Shown piece after piece: positions 48,833 to 58,202 of a stretch of DNA of 64,000 bases (positions are counted from its first letter, which is position 1; each line of letters starts with the position of its first letter). The notes beneath the pieces were generated by a model. That model was given only the letters and a program-made list of their open reading frames with translations, ran no database searches and had not been told where the DNA came from. This stretch comes from Candidatus Latescibacterota bacterium (lineage in GTDB: Bacteria; Latescibacterota; UBA2968; GCA-2709665): assembly GCA_965116875.1 (NCBI GenBank), contig OZ220733.1, forward strand, positions 5,376,001 through 5,440,000, in the 5' to 3' direction. A program made the position numbers and the translations under genes.

Positions 48833-49462
48833 TCATTTTATCAGGAAGTTGCTGCCATACTGATACGCGATCTCAAGATTCCTCGCCCTGTTGCTCGATG
48901 TCGCAAAGTGATCTGCCATTCCAGGGAGGAGTGCGAACTCACAATGCTTCACGCCTGCGTCAGGGCGGAGGCGATCATGGGTGTATAACCGTCTCATGGC
49001 TTCAGCAATTCCGGACTCATTCAATGCCTCCAATGAATTTCCCACGGGACAGAGTACGAGAGCCCGTTCGACCGAGAGTCGCGGAAACGGATAGGTCTCC
49101 CTGGCGAATTGGTACTCGTACGCGTATCCGCAGACCCAGACCCGGTCGAACCATCCCTTCAACTTTGCCGGACAGTCGCTCCACCAGACCGGAAAGACAA
49201 AGGCCAGACCGTCTGCCCTGCTGATCTTCCTGTGTTCGGCTTCCACGTCTGACGGTATCGTGAGAGAGGAACGATTTCCCTGCACGTTCATCTCGCGGGT
49301 GTACTCATCCATGTTCATTTCGCATCTGAAGTCCATTTCATACAGGTCCCCGATCTCGTATGAATGTCCTCCATCGTCGAATCCTCGACACAGTTCGACC
49401 AGGACCTCCCCGGTAAAGGACGTCCTCGTCGGATGCGCAAAGACGATGTATGCGTGCATCAA
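48833..49462 (-). CDS. NAD(P)H-dependent oxidoreductase (flavodoxin-like fold)
   Basis: AHP..SF, DLYEMDF, FPVWWSDCPAKLKGWFDRV. Confidence 0.9.
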   Translation of the reverse strand: MMHAYIVFAHPTRTSFTGEVLVELCRGFDDGGHSYEIGDLYEMDFRCEMNMDEYTREMNVQGNRSSLTIPSDVEAEHRKISRADGLAFVFPVWWSDCPAKLKGWFDRVWVCGYAYEYQFARETYPFPRLSVERALVLCPVGNSLEALNESGIAEAMRRLYTHDRLRPDAGVKHCEFALLPGMADHFATSSNRARNLEIAYQYGSNFLIK

Positions 49463-49524
49463 AACATCCCTTCATGAGCGTCACTATACGCTCCGTTCGA
49501 GTTTTCCATCTCAGGCGCGATGAC

Positions 49525-49608
49525 GCTTAACGTCTCGGCACCCACGAACCTGGGTAGTGAGGTTGGGCGGAGGCGGGATGGCCGGAGCCGTGGGTGCTCG
49601 TCTTACGC
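49525..49608 (-). repeat. attC site (subtype B)
   Basis: Arms GCACCCACG / CGTGGGTGC; R' GTTAAGC; R'' overlaps the TAA stop. Confidence 0.8.
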
Positions 49609-50646
49609 GAAGGTGAGTTCACGGGATACCCGATCCGGCTCCTTCGAGACCACCTCGGACCATATGGATGCCGTTCGTTCGAGTGACAACTTGAGTTGAG
49701 ACTTGCGCAGATCCTCATTGAGGAGCCACGAACCCGTTTCACCATTGCGAACCGCGTACCAGGTGAAGGCATACAGGACGTCGCGTCTGTCATCGAGCTC
49801 CGTGATCTCCTCGCCCACGGCCAGGCGGGATGGATACGATGTGATGTGCCGCTCCACAACATGGGCGGGCGCCTTCGCGTACCTTGCTTCTACCTCATCC
49901 GCCGTAAGTGAGAACAGACGAATGAGGCGGTTCGCAATTCCTTCTTCATCGTGCTCGCGAGCCAGAACGCAAAAACGAGTGAAAACCCTCCCAAAGGACC
50001 GGTCTCCATGCCCCCATTTCTCCATCAGGAACGGGATTGTCAGGCGTGAGAGTTCCTGTACAGAAATCCCTGCCTCGATCAGACGACCTGCCTCCAGATG
50101 TGACTTTGCTCGATGGGCGAGCCCGGTTGCACGTCTGACTCGCTCGATTTGACGCGCCCGGACAACCGATGGATCAAATCGACCATCGGAGAGCAGGACA
50201 ACGAACGCGGGAGTATCGCAATCCTCAGACGTGTGAACCGATTGACCGAGATGGCTCTTGTCGGTCGCATGAAAAATCCTCTCATTGGCCATCAGCTCAT
50301 CCTGGTTACGCTTGCCTTTGATCAGGTCGTCTGCCTCGTCGGCTGTGAAATGAAGTCGACCCGCGTCAACAGACGTTCGCCACGAGTCTCGAGTCCACTC
50401 CCCTGTGATGGATAATGAAAGCTCGTCCACGCTTTCTGGAAGACCGTTGTCCGCCTCCCTGGTTGTAATGTAGATGAGGTCTATGTCTGATAAGGGCCAG
50501 GCCGTTCCTCGCCCGACGCTACCCCCGAGAATCACACCCGCAACGCCAGGAACCGATGCGATCCGTTCGATGGCTTCAACGGTTCGCACCTGGAGAATGT
50601 GTTCCCAGTTCTCCAGGTGCGCCCGGAAGAGATCCGCTCTGAACAA
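49603..50646 (-). CDS. Nucleotidyltransferase domain protein
   Basis: GVILGGSVGRGTAWPLSDIDL; TTG start inferred after AGGGAG. Confidence 0.8.
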   Translation of the reverse strand: MFRADLFRAHLENWEHILQVRTVEAIERIASVPGVAGVILGGSVGRGTAWPLSDIDLIYITTREADNGLPESVDELSLSITGEWTRDSWRTSVDAGRLHFTADEADDLIKGKRNQDELMANERIFHATDKSHLGQSVHTSEDCDTPAFVVLLSDGRFDPSVVRARQIERVRRATGLAHRAKSHLEAGRLIEAGISVQELSRLTIPFLMEKWGHGDRSFGRVFTRFCVLAREHDEEGIANRLIRLFSLTADEVEARYAKAPAHVVERHITSYPSRLAVGEEITELDDRRDVLYAFTWYAVRNGETGSWLLNEDLRKSQLKLSLERTASIWSEVVSKEPDRVSRELTFA

Positions 50647-50661
50647 ATCGAACTCCCTTTC

Positions 50662-50742
50662 GCAAAACGTACCCGCCGTGCCCAAACCCAGAAGCGGTTG
50701 CGCGAAGGGTGCAGCCCGTCGCCGGGCACGGTCGTATTACCC
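50662..50742 (-). repeat. attC site (subtype B)
   Basis: Arms CCGTGCCC / GGGCACGG; R' GTTTTGC. Confidence 0.75.
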
Positions 50743-50776
50743 GGGGTTTGGGCCTGCGCGCAAGGCACAAGATTGC

Positions 50777-52468
50777 TTAGGGTGGGAGACGATTTTCGAA
50801 GAACCGGGTAGCTCTCTCGAATACTTCGTCGCGATGCTTTGCCAACCCGTGTGTATCGTCGGGGAACACGACCAGCGAGCAGTCTCCACCAAAATCGTTA
50901 ATATGCCTCTCGACTTGTCGCATTTCGTCTGTAGTTGCTACAGAGTCAAGTCCACCATGGAAGAGTAGAGCCGGTCTCTTGATCTTTTCGGCCTGCCACA
51001 GCACGGATCTCTCTTCCAGTGCTTTCTCGCGTGCAATTGGGTTGGCCGGAAGGAATCTGTCACGGTGAAGCCGCAAGACTCGAAGACTCGTACAGGTGCA
51101 GGTCGATACCGCACCCACGAATGGTGAGGAAGGATTCGCCAGGGCGAGAAGGCTGAGAAAGCCACCGTAGCTGTTTCCAAACAGCGCGATCCTTCTGCCC
51201 GAACCAAACTGCTGCTGCCAAAAGACGCCACAATCAACCACATCCTGAACGTCCGAAACTCCACAAACACCTTCATTGGCCCTCGCCAGATCATCGCCAA
51301 AGCCGGTAGAACCTCTGTAAGCCACACGCACGACCTCGAAACCCTTGCGAACAAGCCACAGCGCCCATGAGTCGTTTCTATCCAGGGTACCGCCCGGACC
51401 GCCGTGCACGTACAAGACTGCGGTCTCTCGCGGGGAATGTGGAACCAAACGTTGTGCCGGAAGTTGCCAACCATCCGAAGCAGGAACTGTGAATTCCTCC
51501 AGCTTGAAGCTCGGCCCGGCCTCCGTATGCTCAGCCACGGCTGTACATTTACGCGACTCATCCCAACGGTAGACCCTACCGTCCGTGGCCAGGAAGTAGA
51601 CGATGTCGCTGTCCGCCACGATGGCGATTTGATGCCAGGTCAGGTTCTTCGAAACGCTGACGCCAGATGGAAGCTTGAGCCGGGCGTCGACGCGTCCCTC
51701 GGGAAACCGCAACCATACGAGTTCATCGGAAAGAACGCAGAGCAGCCTGTCTGTTTGAGCGGAGAATGCCCCTTCCTCGACCGAACGATTGTCGCAGGTC
51801 CACGCGGAGTCTCGTCCGGTAAGATCTATTACCCGAACGCACTCTCCTGCCTCGTCAACCTCCTGCAGTGAAAACCACCTTCCATCACGAGACCACGGGT
51901 ATCTACCAAATCGCTGACTATTCGCACCGGACAGGGGGGAGGACAATTCTCGTCGTTCCATATCATACAGGTAAACTTTCTTGGGGTTATTATGTTCTTC
52001 GAGGTTCTGGCGATGAAATGCAATCCGGTCACCGGATGGTGACCAATTCGGAAACCTGTCTACAGCATCCGGCGAGGAGGTCAATCTCTCAAGCCTGCCA
52101 TCGGCCAGTGTCAGGCGGAATACATCCGGTGGTCGTCCATCGGGTTGCCTGCCGTATGCAGAGAATACGAGCTCTAAACCGTCCGGCGACCACTGACTGA
52201 AGCCAGCCTTCATGGACGGGTCTTCATACACGATCCTTGTGTTGTCCTGGGATACTTCATGGATACCAATACGACCGTCGTTACCGGAAAATGTCAGGCG
52301 AAGACCAACTGACGCCCAGCGCGGATGATGCGGCAGGAACTCGGGTGGGATCTCCCCGATGGTTTCCCCTGAGGATTCCATAATCTTCAACCAGGCCTCA
52401 CCCGAAATCCCACGGCACTGCAAGACAATTCGACCTGAAATCGGATCGACGTCGAAATCGCTTATCAA
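50777..52468 (-). CDS. S9 family peptidase with TolB/PD40 beta-propeller
   Basis: WSPDG repeats; HGGP, YRGSTGFG, GNSYGG, HGGLD and DTHG. Confidence 0.9.
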   Translation of the reverse strand: MISDFDVDPISGRIVLQCRGISGEAWLKIMESSGETIGEIPPEFLPHHPRWASVGLRLTFSGNDGRIGIHEVSQDNTRIVYEDPSMKAGFSQWSPDGLELVFSAYGRQPDGRPPDVFRLTLADGRLERLTSSPDAVDRFPNWSPSGDRIAFHRQNLEEHNNPKKVYLYDMERRELSSPLSGANSQRFGRYPWSRDGRWFSLQEVDEAGECVRVIDLTGRDSAWTCDNRSVEEGAFSAQTDRLLCVLSDELVWLRFPEGRVDARLKLPSGVSVSKNLTWHQIAIVADSDIVYFLATDGRVYRWDESRKCTAVAEHTEAGPSFKLEEFTVPASDGWQLPAQRLVPHSPRETAVLYVHGGPGGTLDRNDSWALWLVRKGFEVVRVAYRGSTGFGDDLARANEGVCGVSDVQDVVDCGVFWQQQFGSGRRIALFGNSYGGFLSLLALANPSSPFVGAVSTCTCTSLRVLRLHRDRFLPANPIAREKALEERSVLWQAEKIKRPALLFHGGLDSVATTDEMRQVERHINDFGGDCSLVVFPDDTHGLAKHRDEVFERATRFFENRLPP

Positions 52469-52535
52469 CGAATCCTCCCTCCGATAGAACTGAATCGCAC
52501 TCCTGGATGAAACGTACGAAACAGCCTCAAATTGG

Positions 52536-52626
52536 GGCTGACGTTCCGCCGGTTTGCGAACCGCGTAGTTGGTTGCCGAAGGTCAGGGCGGCGATGGCGC
52601 CGCAGCGCAACACCGGGCTGTTACAC
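52536..52626 (-). repeat. attC site (family member, 91 bp)
   Basis: GTGTAAC-AGCCCGGTGTTGCG...TCGCAAACCGGCGGAAC-GTCAGCC. Confidence 0.85.
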
Positions 52627-52741
52627 GAAAATGATCACTGTGCCCAACCGAGCCAAATCTTGTAAGGCGCACTCTTGACGCCCGAAGCTATTGGATATTC
52701 GTGCTTCGTCGTACCGAATTCAGTTTGCAAATATCAACCAC

Positions 52742-53905
52742 TCATCGATCGCTCAGAAACTCCACAATTCCAGCTTTGTCGTTATTCCGCGCGTGTTCAA
52801 TGGGTTTCTTCCCGAGCATGTCTGTGGCTTCAATATCAGCTCCGTGGCCAATCAAGAGTTCAACGACCGTTGTGTTGTTGTTCCTTTCTGCTGCCAAATG
52901 AAGCGGTGTTCGACCGTCCGTCGTTCGGGCATGCACGGAAGCGCCCTGCCTTAGAAGCCAGGATACAGCTTGTATCTCTTCGTGATGGCTGAAAAGGTGG
53001 AGGCAGGTCCTGCCGCCATCAATCAACCCGTCGACTTCACATCCGCACTCGATCAATGCGTCGGCAACTGGATTCTCGGAGGTACGCTTCTGTTTGAAAT
53101 GTCGCAGAGTTGACCTCAGCGCGTTTGGATGATTCGGTTCTGCTCCGCCACGCACCAGTGACTGAATAACAGAAACGACTCCGCCGCTCTGGCAACAAGA
53201 CACCAGCGGCGTAATAGCTATCCCTATATTCGCCTCATGATTTGGATCGGATCCGGCTCCCAACAGGAGGTCGATTATCTCAAGTTGCCGCTCTTGATGT
53301 AACTCTGTCGCCCGTCCCAGCGCTGAACCCGCGCAATAGTGCAATCCTGTCAGTCCATTATCATCCGTCGCCTTGGCGAGAGACCTATCTCTCTTCAGGA
53401 TCCGCCTTACCGCGGACAGATCCAGAATTGCAGCGGCACTGAAAAAGTCAACCGTCGCGCCTCCGTCAATGAGTACTTCAACCAAATCTGGTCGCCCAGT
53501 GTTTGCAGCAAGGGACAGCATTCGTTCTCCTTGCACCCGAGCGTTCGGATCAGCGCCTCTCAGGATGAGGAAGCGGGCGAGTTCGGAATGTGCATCTGTT
53601 TTTGGATGTGAAACATAGGGAGTCACGCAAGTTTTCAGGAGTTCGTCCAACGAACGGGTAGTCACCTTCTCGACCAGGACGTTCAGGCTATTCACGTCAC
53701 CCTTTTTCACTAACGTCTTCAAATGTGTTCCAGTGCCCACAGGTGTTGCCAACTTGCTGCGGCGCTTCCTATTCACGCACGTGCGACAGCTGGGAGCATA
53801 CCCGGTTTTCGATCTTGCACGTTGATGAAAGTGAGTTGTCGGCTTCGTTTCTCCGCAGGTCGTGCATTTCAGCCATTTCAGTGTTGCCTTACTCATGCGT
53901 GACAC
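52742..53905 (-). CDS. Ankyrin repeat protein with N-terminal CxxC-CxxC zinc finger
   Basis: KCTTCGETKP...SCRTC followed by several ankyrin repeats (GRTPLHLAA). Confidence 0.88.
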   Translation of the reverse strand: MSRMSKATLKWLKCTTCGETKPTTHFHQRARSKTGYAPSCRTCVNRKRRSKLATPVGTGTHLKTLVKKGDVNSLNVLVEKVTTRSLDELLKTCVTPYVSHPKTDAHSELARFLILRGADPNARVQGERMLSLAANTGRPDLVEVLIDGGATVDFFSAAAILDLSAVRRILKRDRSLAKATDDNGLTGLHYCAGSALGRATELHQERQLEIIDLLLGAGSDPNHEANIGIAITPLVSCCQSGGVVSVIQSLVRGGAEPNHPNALRSTLRHFKQKRTSENPVADALIECGCEVDGLIDGGRTCLHLFSHHEEIQAVSWLLRQGASVHARTTDGRTPLHLAAERNNNTTVVELLIGHGADIEATDMLGKKPIEHARNNDKAGIVEFLSDR

Positions 53906-53912
53906 CAGTTAA

Positions 53913-54104
53913 CCTTGATTCGTAAGTTTTCGGGGACGTTAATTCGAATATGTGCTTGTAAATAAAGGTGATTAAACGGCGGATTACCAGGATACACCAG
54001 GTCACTGGCGGTGAAGGGAAAAAATGTCCTTCTATACGTCGATAACGCCCCGTTTCGGATGGTCTTATCGCGTCGCCGCGTTGCTGTTTTTTTCGGAATT
54101 AAGG
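53913..54104. mobile_element. MITE family A, copy 3
   Basis: CCTTGATTC...GAATTAAGG with perfect TTAA duplication (53909-53912, 54105-54108). Confidence 0.88.
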
Positions 54105-54164
54105 TTAATTCCTGCGGATGTGACGATGGGTTTGCGATCCGGCATTCAGCGCGATGAGCATGGC

Positions 54165-54247
54165 GCTTAACGTTTTCGTGTCGCTGAATCGCAAAGCGGT
54201 TGGGCGAAGGGTCGAATTGCCCGGAGCCAGGCACGGTCGTGTTAGCT
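54165..54247 (-). repeat. attC site (subtype B, canonical cores)
   Basis: AGCTAAC-ACGACCGTGCC...GACACGAAAAC-GTTAAGC; an extra half site lies at 54118-54140. Confidence 0.85.
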
Positions 54248-54550
54248 GCGTGACGTAGCTACTCCTGCCCATATGACCTGACATACTCGTAAACTCAATA
54301 TTGCGATTGAAATCCGAGAATGAATGGTCCAGGATGACATTTTTACCTTCCAACCATCGACAAGCTTGGCCAAAATCAATTTACACGCCATCTGTGAACA
54401 ATGCCGACCAATTGGATGACTAGTCCCTGACTATTTGTGTGTCGTTTTCGCCGATCCCAAACAGTGTAGCGTTTGTGCAATGGGCCGAATGGCCCGAAGT
54501 CTGGTGCACGGTGTTGGAGTCTGTGCGGGCAGGGAGGGCGGCGTGGTCGC

Positions 54551-54841
54551 TCAAGCGCTTAACGACCGTGCCACGGTTTCGGGATTTTCCGAAGCAATCT
54601 TGAGCAAAGCCCGAGCAGGACCCTCCGGACGGCGACGTCCCTGCTCCCAATTCTGCAATGTAGAGACGCTGACACCGATCATCAGGGCAAATTCAGACTG
54701 GGATTGATTCAGTTTTTGCCGGATCATCCGAATGTCTTCAGGATCCATTTGGGTCGTTCGTCCTGGCTTCAACTTGCCGCGCTTGATCGCTCCGGCTTGC
54801 TTGACGCTGGCTGCAAGTTGGTCGAAATCACGCTCATTCAT
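54551..54841 (-). CDS. XRE-family HTH antitoxin (HigA-2/NadS-like)
   Basis: IRQKLNQSQSEFALMIGVSVSTLQNWEQGRRRPEGPARALL; ATGA overlap with the toxin gene. Confidence 0.9.
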   Translation of the reverse strand: MNERDFDQLAASVKQAGAIKRGKLKPGRTTQMDPEDIRMIRQKLNQSQSEFALMIGVSVSTLQNWEQGRRRPEGPARALLKIASENPETVARSLSA

Positions 54842-55155
54842 GCCAGATACTCCTTTACGAGTTTACCAAGCAACTTACACTGCCGAGGGGTGAGATCGTC
54901 CTGTTGACTCTTGCGAAACACCCCCAACATATAAAAAACCTCGTTTGGCTTGTCCCAGTAGTAGATCACACGAACACCGCCCCGCTTGCCAGCGTGCGGC
55001 AATTTCCATCTCAGTTTTCGCAATCCACCCGTACGCTGAATAATCTTTCACAATTCTGGCCGGAACAGGAGCGCCGACTGTATTGCCCGATAGTCCTCAT
55101 CCGATAGCAGGGTCAAGAGCTGTCTTGTGAAGATTGGCGTTTCGACGAAGACCAT
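54838..55155 (-). pseudogene. RelE/HigB-2 family toxin with an in-frame TGA
   Basis: MVFVETPIFT...RPEL*KIIQRTGGLRKLRW...GKRGGVRVIYY; TGA at 55048-55050. Confidence 0.88.
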
Positions 55156-55163
55156 ACGTCTAA

Positions 55164-55182
55164 TATACGCCAATGACGTATA
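55164..55182. promoter_or_regulatory. Putative TA operator palindrome
   Basis: TATACG-N7-CGTATA, 8 bp upstream of the toxin ATG. Confidence 0.6.
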
Positions 55183-55194
55183 GTGTGCAAGATC

Positions 55195-55542
55195 CTCACG
55201 TTGGCCACGGCGTTCCGAAGGCGAGGATCGCCAGGCAGTTGGGAGTTTCGCGGCAGACGGTGTACAACCACCAGAGCCGTGACGATGTGTTCCTCGCAGT
55301 CAATGCACAGAGATCGTCGAAGGTGGATGCGTTTAGAGACACGATCCGGACGGGTCTGGAGCAGTTCGATGTGCCGTGCACGGTACTGTTGCAGGAACTG
55401 CGTTGGCAGGGCTATCAGGGTGGGATCACGGTCCTGTGTGAGTACATCCGACCGCAGTAAGCGTCGTCGGTGCGTTGTGTGACCGAGCGTTTCGAGACGC
55501 TGCCCGGGCGGCAGGCGCAGATGGATTGGGGCGAATGCGGCT
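55195..55542 (+). pseudogene. istA: IS21-family transposase N-terminal fragment
   Basis: IARQLGVSRQTV, SKVDAF, GYQGG and RFETLPGRQAQMDWG, with an in-frame TAA; truncated. Confidence 0.85.
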
Positions 55543-55613
55543 GGCCTCGAACCGGATCGGATCGACTTCGGTCTTCGCGTGCATATACGGAATCGACTTC
55601 GGGAAATGCCGCA

Positions 55614-56741
55614 TCAGGCCGGGGTTCCGCGCCAGAAATCGTTGTACGCCGCCAGCGGCCCTTCCCCGTGGGACCCGGTAGCCAGGTCCAGCCCCCCGAA
55701 GAGATAGACGGACCCGCCTCCCACTGTCATAACGGGGATTCGCTTCACACCGGGACGTTCGGCGCCGGCAGAGTAATCCTTCGCACCGTTGTGTGGATAC
55801 AGACAGTCCCACCGGCCGGCTCGAAGATCGTACTGCCACAGATCGTTCAGTTGGGGGTGCTCCCTTTCCCCTCCTGCATATCCTCCGAACAGATACAGGC
55901 GATCTCCGATCACAGCGTATCCCAGCCCGTACCGGGGGGAAGGCCGTGTGAGATCATCCGCCCGGTTTTCCTGAATGCAGGTCCAGGCGCCTCTGTCAGG
56001 ATCGTATTCCCACAGATCGTTGTAGAACTCCGGCGCTCGACCCTGACTGTCCCGACCGCCCCACAGGTAGAGCCTGCCGTTCCAGCCTACGAACGCGGGG
56101 CAGTATCGTTTCGGCGGCCAACCGTCGCGTCTATTGGATTCAGGCCCCAGGTACTCCCATTTTCCGGCCGGCGCCTTGTAGGTCCACAGCTGCGCGTGCG
56201 TCATCGCGCCATGTCCCCCCATCAGATACAGATTATCACCCAGAACGGCCGCCCCCATTCCGCCGAACCCGGCGGGACGATGCCCATCCGCCGTTTTTCC
56301 CGATGCGCGCCCGTCGCCGGGCTCTAACAGCTCCCACGAGGCCGTTTTCGGATCGTAGGCCCAGAGATCGTTCAGCTTGATCTCCCCCTTGCCGGGGCCC
56401 CGCACTGAGGACCCGCCAAAGAGATAGAGCCTGCCGTTCAGGGGCAGCCAGGTCGGGAGCTTCCGGGTACACGGTCTGACATCGGACGGTCTGAACCCGA
56501 TACGCCCATCGTGGTCTTCCAGGTGCGTCCACCGGCCTCGGCCCGGGTCGTAGCGCCACAGGTCGTTCAATGAGCCCTGGACGGAAAGATCTCCAGGCCC
56601 TTTCGGCCGGCCGTACATCACTTTGATCCCCCCGAAGAGGTAGACGCATCCATCGTAGCTCAACATCCCGCCGAAGGCCGCCCGCCTGCAGGGTATATCC
56701 TCGTCTTGCTCCCGGTCCGGATGCAGCAGTTCCCACTTCAT
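55614..56741 (-). CDS. Kelch repeat beta-propeller protein
   Basis: Six YLFGG...NDLW.YD repeats. Confidence 0.9.
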   Translation of the reverse strand: MKWELLHPDREQDEDIPCRRAAFGGMLSYDGCVYLFGGIKVMYGRPKGPGDLSVQGSLNDLWRYDPGRGRWTHLEDHDGRIGFRPSDVRPCTRKLPTWLPLNGRLYLFGGSSVRGPGKGEIKLNDLWAYDPKTASWELLEPGDGRASGKTADGHRPAGFGGMGAAVLGDNLYLMGGHGAMTHAQLWTYKAPAGKWEYLGPESNRRDGWPPKRYCPAFVGWNGRLYLWGGRDSQGRAPEFYNDLWEYDPDRGAWTCIQENRADDLTRPSPRYGLGYAVIGDRLYLFGGYAGGEREHPQLNDLWQYDLRAGRWDCLYPHNGAKDYSAGAERPGVKRIPVMTVGGGSVYLFGGLDLATGSHGEGPLAAYNDFWRGTPA

Positions 56742-56785
56742 AACGGACCTCCGCACGGCCTGACTTGTGATTCTGCGAAATGGCT

Positions 56786-57196
56786 TCAGGACGCATAAAG
56801 AGCATACAGCCTGGCGCGGTCCAGGTACACTTTGACATTTAAGCCGCCGCGAGCCTGTGAGACCATCTTCTCTTCGAGCCCGCCTTCGTTATCCCCGACT
56901 GCGCCTTGGGGATCGCTTTTCCATTGTACCCGGTATTCTGTTTCATTCGCTGAGAAGGGTATGCAGTCTTCTTTGCCAAAACCCGGCACGACCCGGTCAA
57001 ACGGATCGACGATCTCCACTCGCAGCGACCCGCCGGTCGCATCGGCGTTGATCCACAATGCGTTGGGCTCGATACTCAACTCTTCGATCCGGTTTCGGGC
57101 GATCCACCCCTCGTGGAGCGTGTGAAATACAGACAGGAAGTCGATACGAAAGTCGCGATACGCCAGCGAACTCATGCCGTAGAACTCTCGGTCCTG
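56786..57196 (-). pseudogene. Truncated, internally deleted copy of the 61184-62641 glycosidase-like gene
   Basis: 56779-57078 matches 61177-61476 and 57081-57196 matches 61803-61918. Confidence 0.85.
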
Positions 57197-57716
57197 GAGA
57201 TCGGGGCGTACATACAGCGTGCGACATAGGTTTGGTTCCTCTCATCTGATTGGGATGACCTGAGATCCGATTCGAAAAAATGGTTTAGCCCTAGGCAATA
57301 CCGAAGAGATCACGACATCTCTCCAAAAACTTCACGTCAGGACCAGCAAGGGCAGTGGCCCCTCCAAGCGGCACGCGAGCAAAGTGATCCCGAACTTAGC
57401 GGCACGCCCTCTGGGTAGGGGCGCAGCCTTCGGCATAGTCAAGTCATTAGCAAGTGAGCTTTTGGACAAGACGTAGGTGCATTCCGCCGGATATTCAGTT
57501 TTCTCCGTCGCCTTTTCGCCACTTCGATAGGTGTAAAAATCAAGCAACCGGTGTGACACAGGCCAATGTGTGGGTAGTGGTGTTGAGGTGGGTCCAGGAG
57601 CGCTTTATTTTGCGACGGCGCTCATGGCCCGACAATACAGATCTTCTACGTCGATGTCCGAGGCCGTCACTTCGGAGCACCACGCACGAAGTGTATGGGA
57701 GGCTCGATATGTTCGC

Positions 57717-57970
57717 TACGGCTCAAGTGATTCCTGATTGCGTTCCCGAATCCGCTTAGGTCTTCGAAATAAGAAATAGATAGACGCACCAAGGACATTG
57801 GAGCCAAGAATTGTAATGCCCCAACCCAACTTCTGCCCAGGCTACCACTGACATTGACGGGCGCCCAATGCCAGCAACAGCATGATGCGCTCGCAGGGGC
57901 AGATCAGAGACCCGAGGAAACGCGAGAAGACAGGACCAGGATGGCAACAAATGGTCAAGTCTCCCTCACG
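57717..57970 (-). pseudogene. Degraded small membrane protein (PLDc_N-like)
   Basis: Residual frame QKLGWGITILGSNVLGASIYFLFRRPKR downstream of a TAG. Confidence 0.35.
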
Positions 57971-58202
57971 TGTCATATCTCTCTGGACGATACGTAAGGG
58001 GTCTCCTGATGTCAATGTGCCAGGGAGGAAACGCCAGCCGGGGATCAGGGCCTGTGGCGTCCGTTGCCAAGGGGTCGCGGCGGATCGGGCCTTCCGGCGC
58101 ATTGGGTGAATCACGTTGTGATTAGCCGGTTCCTGGGGACGTCGATTCCCCGAGTCGGCGAAGCGACGAATCCCGCAGATAAGTCCCGCAACGGGCGCAT
58201 GC

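Noticed and set aside
53893-54234. ORF sharing PKKTATR with the HicB C-terminus
   Set aside because: The shared peptide is simply translated MITE A sequence.
42372-54247. Intergenic repeat family as a CRISPR array
   Set aside because: Repeats are 80-115 bp, divergent and separated by whole genes; no cas genes are present.
39217-55155. Genome-wide UGA=Gly recoding (code 25)
   Set aside because: Many genes end at natural positions with TGA (hicA, SDR, ornithine cyclodeaminase, antitoxin), and in-frame TAA lesions also occur (45366, 55458).
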